NCBI GenBank assembly: GCA_016927395.1
Contig: JAFGMU010000010.1
Coordinates: 1 to 50,952, forward strand
Length of the DNA stretch: 50,952 nucleotides
Source: Alphaproteobacteria bacterium
Lineage (GTDB): Bacteria; Pseudomonadota; Alphaproteobacteria; Rs-D84
Reading direction: 5' to 3'
Shown here: positions 44,934 through 50,952 of the stretch, in pieces
Layout: each line of letters opens with the position of its first letter
How positions within the stretch are numbered: the first letter of the stretch is position 1
The notes under the pieces: model-generated
What the model saw: only the letters and a program-made list of their open reading frames with translations
Told to the model about the DNA's origin: nothing
Database searches by the model: none
Program-made: the position numbers and the translations under genes

Positions 44934-44942
44934 TGATACAAT
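44934..44942 (+). promoter_or_regulatory. extended -10 element TGATACAAT
   Basis: 24 bp upstream of ATG 44966. Confidence 0.45.
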
Positions 44943-44965
44943 TAACCCATCAATAGGGAGATTTT

Positions 44966-46222
44966 ATGATGAGAAAATTAGCAATTTTTTCTATAATGCT
45001 TTTAACTTTATTTGTAAATGAAAGCTATGCAGACACAAAAGATTTCGCAAAAGGTGTGGTTGTTGGTGTGGCGGTTTCTAATCCTCCTATGGTTGTTGGT
45101 GCCGTTGCTTTGGCTGCTCCAATAGTTGTTACGGGTGCAATGATGTATGGTGCGTATAGAGCTACAAGTATAGTTTTGACCGAATTATCTAAGGGTGGTG
45201 ATTGCTTGCGTGATCCTGCAACAGGAAAACCAACATGTTGTGCAACAATTTATGACGCCGCAAAAGATGGTGGCAGAACAGTTCAACCTGGTGGTCAAAT
45301 GTTTTGCGAGTTTCCAAATGTCAGAACATGTTTGCGTGGTGGAAATGATTATGCAAACCAAGGTGTAGTTGGAAAGGTTTATGATTTAACCCAGGGTGAC
45401 GCATGGGGTAATTGTCAAAAATCTTTGTGTGTTGGATATGCTGACCCGACCAATATTCCAAATGAAACAAAAATATTTTTGTATCCAATGGAAATAAAAA
45501 ACAGTGGTAAAGTATGTTGGGCATGGGAATGTCAACAGGGTTATATTCGCAATGGTGGTTCTTGCGTATTACAACAGCAGAAAACCCAAGAACAAAAAAA
45601 TTGTGAATCAGCAAGTGGAACAGTATGGAATGGAAAAAAATGCGAATGTTCTGATACTAAATTGATATGGAGTTCTGAAAAAAAACAGTGTGTAAAAAAG
45701 CCAGTTATTCCAACGGTTATTGTTCCTGAAAAAGTTTCAGATTGCGATGATCAATTTATGTATTGGTTAAATGAACAAAGTTTGAATTATCCTGATAATC
45801 AGACAATTCAAAATTTGATAAAACAAATCTTAGATTATTGTACAAATGATAAAAATCGTGAAAAGGTCAAATTTGATACAAATGTAATTCAGTTAAAGAT
45901 TTTAATTGAAAAATATAAAAAAGAAACTGATGAAAAAATAACAGATACTGAAAAAAATATTAAATCTGTGGCTGATAGAATTAATGGAGTTACAAAAGAT
46001 TTTAATAAAAGTGTTTGGAAAACAACCGAAGGTGAATTTAATAAAACACGTTTGCTTTCTGATTCAGTTGCAGGCGTGGTTTTGGGTACAGCCGGTGGAT
46101 TGATAACCAGCAGTGTTATTAAAAAGAACCAGACTGATAACGGATTTGATGATATCAGTTGTACAGTCGGTGGTCAGGTTGTATCTGGTTGGGGCGATGA
46201 ATTTACAGTCGGTATCAGATAA
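44966..46222 (+). CDS. secreted/membrane Cys-motif protein with glycine-zipper segments (418 aa)
   Basis: Signal peptide MRKLAIFSIMLLTLFVNESYA, paralogous to the upstream gene. Cys-rich middle with GTVWNGKKCECSDTKLIWSSEKKQC, then a coiled-coil region and the C-terminal SVAGVVLGTAGGLITSSVI glycine zipper. Confidence 0.6.
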   Translation: MMRKLAIFSIMLLTLFVNESYADTKDFAKGVVVGVAVSNPPMVVGAVALAAPIVVTGAMMYGAYRATSIVLTELSKGGDCLRDPATGKPTCCATIYDAAKDGGRTVQPGGQMFCEFPNVRTCLRGGNDYANQGVVGKVYDLTQGDAWGNCQKSLCVGYADPTNIPNETKIFLYPMEIKNSGKVCWAWECQQGYIRNGGSCVLQQQKTQEQKNCESASGTVWNGKKCECSDTKLIWSSEKKQCVKKPVIPTVIVPEKVSDCDDQFMYWLNEQSLNYPDNQTIQNLIKQILDYCTNDKNREKVKFDTNVIQLKILIEKYKKETDEKITDTEKNIKSVADRINGVTKDFNKSVWKTTEGEFNKTRLLSDSVAGVVLGTAGGLITSSVIKKNQTDNGFDDISCTVGGQVVSGWGDEFTVGIR

Positions 46223-46242
46223 TTTTATAACTACGGATAATT

Positions 46243-46270
46243 AAAAAAAACCGCCAATTGGCGGTTTTTT
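46243..46270. terminator. bidirectional intrinsic terminator
   Basis: AAAAAAAACCGCC-AATT-GGCGGTTTTTT between convergent genes. Confidence 0.85.
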
Positions 46271-48248
46271 ATACAAACAAATCTTTTACAAATTTGGCGT
46301 GTTCTGTTATGAAACGGAATCTGAATTCTGGTTTCTTACCCAATAATTCCGATACCAATATTTTTGTTTTTTCTGTGTCTTCGGTTCCTTCTTCGGTTTT
46401 TGATGGTAATTCAATTCTTATCAAACGGCGTGTCTTGGTTGACATTGTTGTTTCACGTAATTGATTCGGCATCATTTCACCAAGACCTTTGAATCGGGAA
46501 ATTTCAATCTTTTTATTTTTATATTTTGTGTTTTTCAGTTCTTCTAATTCTTCATCGGTATCAACATATATTGATTCAGTCCCATGGGTCAATTTGTACA
46601 AAGGGGGACAAGATAGATACAAATGTCCGCCATGAATTAACTGTGGCATATGTTGATAAAAAAATCCCATCAGCAATGATGCAATATGACTGCCATCAAC
46701 GTCCGCATCGGTCATGATAATTATTTTTTCATACCGCAATTTCGATTCGTCCCAATCTTTTACAGTACCAGCACCGATAATATCAATCAGTTCGTTAACT
46801 TCTTTGTTATCACGGAAACGTTCATCTGAATTTGATATAACGTTCAAAATTTTTCCACGCAGTGGCATTATGGCCTGGGTCATTCTGTCGCGTGCCTGTT
46901 TTGCAGTTCCGCCCGCCGACTCACCTTCGACAATGAATAATTCTGTACCAACAATTCCATGTTTTGAGCAATCGGCCAATTTAGCAGGCATACGCGCACG
47001 TTTAGTTGGTGTTTTACGTGCAATATCTTTTACTTGTTTTGTTTTTATACGTGCATTTGCCAAATTGATTACGAAATCTAAAAGTGCATTAGCAGTTTTT
47101 GGGTCGGATGCCAAAAATATTTCCCATGGATCGCGCAGAGCACTTTCTGTGAATCGGGCGATTTCTGGATTTGAAAGCTTTTCCTTGGTCTGGCCCAAAA
47201 ATTGTGGTGTTTTGTAAAACACAGAAACAATCGCTGCAGCCGAATCGAAAACATCATCACCAATTATATTTGATGCGAATTTATTATTTATCTTTTCACC
47301 ATAATTTTTAAGACCGCGTGTAATTGCAGATTTGAAACCCGATTCGTGTGTTCCACCATCAATCGTTGAAATAGTATTACAATAACTGGCAAAGAAACCA
47401 TCATCAGATGCGGCACCGTTTTCATCTGTTAGAAATGTTAATGCCCATTCAACGTGTCCAGAATCATCAGGAAAATCAACACTGCCACTGAATATTTTTT
47501 GAAAAATACGTGGTTTTGAATTTGTTTTTTCTTCTAAAAAGTCCGCAATACCATTTGGATAATAAAAAGTCATCTGTGATGAAATATTCATATCCTCGGT
47601 CAAAATTTCGGGATTGCATTTCCATTCAACTTTTACACCCTTTGACAAAAAAGCCTTGGCACGTGCCATACGATAAATTTTTAATGGCTTGAAAGTCGCG
47701 GCTGCACCAAAAATTTGATCGTCCAATGTAAAGCGGACACTTGTTCCATGATTCTTGGTGGGTTCGCCTTTTATAATTTGGCTGGTTGCTTTACCACGTG
47801 AAAATGTTTGTGTCCAAACATAACCATCGCGCGAAATTTTAACAATCATTTCAGATGACAATGCATTAACAACACTGCTGCCCACACCGTGCAAACCACC
47901 ACTGGTCTTATAAACATTATTATTAAATTTTCCACCAGAATGCAGAGATGTCAAAATAACTTCTAATGCGGATTTACCTGGATATTTTGGATGTTCATCA
48001 ACCGGAATTCCGCGACCGTCATCAGTTATTTCGATGGTTTTACTGTCTAATAATTCCACAGTAATTCTTTTTGCAAAACCAGCAACGGCTTCGTCAATGG
48101 AATTATCCAGAATTTCAATTGGTAAATGGTGCCAGGCTTTTTCGTCTGTGCCACCGATATACATGCCGGGACGCAAGCGAACTGGTTCCAAACCTTCCAG
48201 TACTTGTATATCCGACGCATCATAGGAGTGATTAATTTTTTCAGTCAT
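46269..48248 (-). CDS. parE: DNA topoisomerase IV subunit B (type IIA topoisomerase B subunit)
   Basis: 659 aa. GHKL ATPase (ILDNSIDEA, DDGRGIP, GGLHGVG) and Toprim (EGESAGG, DADVDGSHI). Called ParE rather than GyrB because of its length and the lack of the large C-terminal-half insertion of proteobacterial GyrB. Confidence 0.8.
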   Translation of the reverse strand: MTEKINHSYDASDIQVLEGLEPVRLRPGMYIGGTDEKAWHHLPIEILDNSIDEAVAGFAKRITVELLDSKTIEITDDGRGIPVDEHPKYPGKSALEVILTSLHSGGKFNNNVYKTSGGLHGVGSSVVNALSSEMIVKISRDGYVWTQTFSRGKATSQIIKGEPTKNHGTSVRFTLDDQIFGAAATFKPLKIYRMARAKAFLSKGVKVEWKCNPEILTEDMNISSQMTFYYPNGIADFLEEKTNSKPRIFQKIFSGSVDFPDDSGHVEWALTFLTDENGAASDDGFFASYCNTISTIDGGTHESGFKSAITRGLKNYGEKINNKFASNIIGDDVFDSAAAIVSVFYKTPQFLGQTKEKLSNPEIARFTESALRDPWEIFLASDPKTANALLDFVINLANARIKTKQVKDIARKTPTKRARMPAKLADCSKHGIVGTELFIVEGESAGGTAKQARDRMTQAIMPLRGKILNVISNSDERFRDNKEVNELIDIIGAGTVKDWDESKLRYEKIIIMTDADVDGSHIASLLMGFFYQHMPQLIHGGHLYLSCPPLYKLTHGTESIYVDTDEELEELKNTKYKNKKIEISRFKGLGEMMPNQLRETTMSTKTRRLIRIELPSKTEEGTEDTEKTKILVSELLGKKPEFRFRFITEHAKFVKDLFV

Positions 48249-48304
48249 AGCCCAATTATTAAAACATTATTTGGTTTCACGCAAGTTGGAAATTTATTTT
48301 ATGG

Positions 48305-48332
48305 TTGACAGAAAATAAAAATTGTCTAAAAT
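48305..48332 (+). promoter_or_regulatory. sigma70-type promoter TTGACA-16-TAAAAT
   Basis: Consensus -35 at 48305-48310 and -10 at 48327-48332, 23 bp upstream of ATG 48355. Confidence 0.5.
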
Positions 48333-48354
48333 ATTAAGTATTAAAAGGATAATT

Positions 48355-49002
48355 ATGCCAAAACCAGTAAACGGTATAGACTTTCATATGAAGACGATAA
48401 TAGTTTTGGACCCAACTGAAATTGTTTTCAGAAAATTTGAAAATACATTGAAAGAACAAAGTATGAAATATTTCGGTTTTTTAAAATCGAATACTTTGGC
48501 GACTTGTTATAAATTTGGAATATTTCAGGATTATCTGAAAGAAAATGTTTTGGAAATAACCGCTAATCATATTATAAATAATCCAAATTTATTGTCCGGT
48601 GCACAAAATGCTTTTGATTATTTTGCCAGTCTGGGTAAGAATATAGAAATATTTGCATATTCAGATATAAAAAATCCTGTGCTTTCAAAACGTCTTGTTG
48701 AACAATATTCAAAAATTCCAAGTATGGGTGTAATTGGCAGATATTTATTTCCAACAAAAATAGATAATATGTCAGACATTTTATCAGAAATAAGATTTGA
48801 GTTTTTACGTGCAAATGTTCTGTTTGTTACTTCTGATATCCATGGTGTCAGTGCAGCAAAGGAAGAGGGTATCACCCCGGTAATTGTCACTGACAGAATA
48901 AATGAACAGATGTTGGCCCGAAAATATCGTGCATTATGTGCCGAGAATTTAGAACTGTTTGCAAAACAGATTAAAAATGGTTATCTGGCAAATATGTATT
49001 AA
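48355..49002 (+). CDS. HAD-superfamily hydrolase-like protein
   Basis: 215 aa from ATG 48355 (AAGGA upstream). Motif I-like IIVLDPTE (DxT rather than DxD). C-terminal FVTSDIHGVSAAKEEGI resembles HAD motif IV. Confidence 0.5.
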   Translation: MPKPVNGIDFHMKTIIVLDPTEIVFRKFENTLKEQSMKYFGFLKSNTLATCYKFGIFQDYLKENVLEITANHIINNPNLLSGAQNAFDYFASLGKNIEIFAYSDIKNPVLSKRLVEQYSKIPSMGVIGRYLFPTKIDNMSDILSEIRFEFLRANVLFVTSDIHGVSAAKEEGITPVIVTDRINEQMLARKYRALCAENLELFAKQIKNGYLANMY

Positions 49003-49039
49003 AATCAAGGGGTGATAAAAAATCGCCCCTTGATTATTT
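49003..49039 (+). terminator. hairpin/terminator
   Basis: 10-bp perfect stem AATCAAGGGG / CCCCTTGATT with a weak T-run. Argues against the ORF-track dnaJ start at 49038. Confidence 0.55.
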
Positions 49040-49094
49040 GTACAAAAATATTATATATATCTGCAGTAGTAAAGACATTGCAGGGTTAAATATT

Positions 49095-50231
49095 ATGAAC
49101 AAAAATCCATACGAAGTTCTGGGCGTGGCCAAAGATGCCAGTGACGCTGAAATAAAAAAAGCATATCATAAATTGGTTATGAAGTATCATCCTGATAAAA
49201 ATTCAGGTGATAAAGCATCAGAAGAAAAATTCAAAGAAGTTAACAACGCGTTTGATATTCTACGCGATCCCCAAAAGCGCGCCGCATACGATCGTTTTGG
49301 TGATGCCGCATTTGCTGGGGGTAATGGTGCAAGCGCAGGTGCTGGTGGAAATCCATTTGGTAACGGTGCATTCCATTTTGATATGGGGGGCAGCGGCATG
49401 GGTGGCATGGAAGATATTATACGCGAAGCAATGCGCGGTTTTGGATTTGATGGTTTTGGTGGTGGTGCACAAGCGTCTGGAAATGCACGTGGTGGTCGTG
49501 ATTTATTGGACGAAGTTGTTATAGATTTACGTGATGCATATTTTGGTAAGACCCACACAGTTAAATTTTCCAGCAATGTTCAATGTGAAAAATGTCATGG
49601 ATTCGGAACAGATGATGGTAAACAAGCACCTGTTTGTGAACGTTGCCATGGTGCAGGCGCTGTTCATGCACAAAAAGGATTTTTTACAGTCGAAGTTCCA
49701 TGTCCTGAATGTAATGGTCTGGGCCATAAAATAAAAAAGAAATGTTCTGCATGTGATGGTATGGGAACAGTTCATAAGCAAAGAACTTTGGATGTTGAAA
49801 TTCCAGCCGGGGTCGAAGATGGAACCAGATTGCGTTTAGCTGGTCAAGGTGAAGCGGGTGCTTTGGGTTCAAAACCTGGTGATTTTTATTTGGATATTCA
49901 TGTTCGTCCGGATAAAAAATTTACACGTCTTGGCATTGATTTGTTAATAAAAGAAAATGTTCCATTTACAGTTTTGGCATTAGGCGGTGAAATAGAAATT
50001 GAAACAATTGATGATAAAAAATTATCTGTCAAAGTTCCAGCTGGTACCCAGGTTGGTGAAAAGCTGCGTGTTCGTGGGCATGGAATGCCGGTGCACAGAC
50101 GTAGTACGGACAGCTTTGGCGATTTATACATAGAAATCAAAATGCAGGTTCCAACAAAGTTAAGTGAAAAACAGAAAAAGGCACTGCAAGAATTTGCAGA
50201 CGCAAAACCAGATAAGAAAAGCTGGTTCTAA
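49095..50231 (+). CDS. dnaJ: molecular chaperone DnaJ
   Basis: 378 aa from ATG 49095 (MNKNPYEVLGV). J-domain HPD, G/F-rich linker and four CxxCxGxG zinc-finger repeats. Confidence 0.93.
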   Translation: MNKNPYEVLGVAKDASDAEIKKAYHKLVMKYHPDKNSGDKASEEKFKEVNNAFDILRDPQKRAAYDRFGDAAFAGGNGASAGAGGNPFGNGAFHFDMGGSGMGGMEDIIREAMRGFGFDGFGGGAQASGNARGGRDLLDEVVIDLRDAYFGKTHTVKFSSNVQCEKCHGFGTDDGKQAPVCERCHGAGAVHAQKGFFTVEVPCPECNGLGHKIKKKCSACDGMGTVHKQRTLDVEIPAGVEDGTRLRLAGQGEAGALGSKPGDFYLDIHVRPDKKFTRLGIDLLIKENVPFTVLALGGEIEIETIDDKKLSVKVPAGTQVGEKLRVRGHGMPVHRRSTDSFGDLYIEIKMQVPTKLSEKQKKALQEFADAKPDKKSWF

Positions 50232-50259
50232 AAAAATCCGCCATTTGGCGGATTTTTTA
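50231..50259. terminator. bidirectional intrinsic terminator
   Basis: AAAAAATCCGCC-ATTT-GGCGGATTTTTT between convergent dnaJ and pgsA. Confidence 0.85.
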
Positions 50260-50275
50260 TTTTATTGTCGGAATA

Positions 50276-50875
50276 TTATTTTATCTTTTTAATTTTTTCG
50301 ATAAATGTTTTTGTGTATTCGGTTGCTGACCACAAACTTGCAACCAATGACATCCATAACAGTGCAATACCAATAAAAGGTAAATAGTAAATGATGTACA
50401 TCAATACGCGGCTGGTCATATCAGGTGTCAGTATCGATCCCAATGAAAACATTAACAAGAATGTTCCAATTGCTTTCATCTGAAGAGCAGTTTTAATTTT
50501 ACCCATTGAAAATCTGGCTTTGGGTACGGGCATTTCAATTTTCTGTGTCCCCAAAAATTCACGCAGGCCGCTGATGTACAATTCACGTGCAACCATCAAT
50601 ATAACCGGAATCATAATAAACCAAACTGGCATCATTATAGCCAAAAGAATTAAAGTGTTCACAACCAAGAATTTATCGCCGATATGATCTAAAACACCAC
50701 CGATTTTGCTGGTTACTTTATATTTTCTGGCCAACCATCCATCAAACCAATCTGACAAAGCGCCAAAAAAGAATAATAAAAATGATAACCAATACATTTG
50801 AAACATCAATGTTGGAATAATTGCAAAAGCTGCAACTATTCGAAATATTGTTAATGAATTTACAAATTTTTTCAT
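50276..50875 (-). CDS. pgsA: CDP-diacylglycerol--glycerol-3-phosphate 3-phosphatidyltransferase
   Basis: 199 aa. CDP-alcohol phosphatidyltransferase motif DWFDGWLARKYKVTSKIGGVLDHIGDK. Multi-pass membrane protein. Confidence 0.88.
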   Translation of the reverse strand: MKKFVNSLTIFRIVAAFAIIPTLMFQMYWLSFLLFFFGALSDWFDGWLARKYKVTSKIGGVLDHIGDKFLVVNTLILLAIMMPVWFIMIPVILMVARELYISGLREFLGTQKIEMPVPKARFSMGKIKTALQMKAIGTFLLMFSLGSILTPDMTSRVLMYIIYYLPFIGIALLWMSLVASLWSATEYTKTFIEKIKKIK

Positions 50876-50952
50876 TTTAGAATCTCCTTAAGATTTCATA
50901 GCCTTAATTATATCCCTTATTTATGGAAATATGAATATATTTTTTCTGCAGC

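Noticed and set aside
1-50952. Scan for CRISPR arrays, rRNA genes, transposases, group II introns, and toxin-antitoxin or known defence-system genes.
   Set aside because: No regularly spaced direct repeats, no rRNA-like sequence, and no ORF with transposase, reverse transcriptase, nuclease-helicase or defence-type motifs could be recognised by eye.

Overview
AT-rich, gene-dense chromosomal window from a reduced diderm bacterium. The S20 N-terminus (MANHKSAKKR), the short RNase D-like exonuclease, the SPOR, Tat and LolA genes and ppdK point to an alphaproteobacterial (Rickettsiales/Holosporales-like) host-associated lineage; this placement is an inference. About 80 percent is housekeeping: trmB, gltX, hemolysin III, thrS, tatA, trx-dksA, sufS-sufT-sufE, ftsL-ftsI, recJ, lolA, tatBC, an nlpD-like M23 peptidase, ppdK, miaB, gatB / tRNA-Phe / gatCA, ruvX, an rnd-like exonuclease, a five-gene minus-strand operon containing sufBC, rpsT, plsY, dprA, a very divergent dnaA, parE, dnaJ and pgsA. 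Two tRNA genes are present (Lys-CTT and Phe-GAA), plus a decayed tandem copy of tRNA-Phe. I saw no rRNA, CRISPR array, IS element, transposase or integrase. The non-housekeeping content falls into five groups. (1) A stand-alone TcpQ/PilL-like protein plus PilN-type lipoprotein secretin pair (35.7-38.3 kb), with no pilus or T2SS genes nearby, followed by an orphan gene. (2) A very AT-rich islet of three orphan genes around tRNA-Lys (19.5-21.4 kb), next to an autotransporter-like outer-membrane protein. (3) A promoter, then a ~180-nt structured RNA, then an intrinsic terminator, all immediately upstream of a eukaryote-like cysteine-rich secreted protein (24.4-25.3 kb). (4) A lineage-specific family of secreted or glycine-zipper proteins flanking dnaA (40.4-46.2 kb) that share a TGATACAAT extended -10 element. 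(5) Several reductive oddities: a TGS-less ThrRS, a Cys-less DksA, sufBC without sufD, and KTA in place of KTG in FtsI. All calls come from reading motifs by eye; no searches were run.
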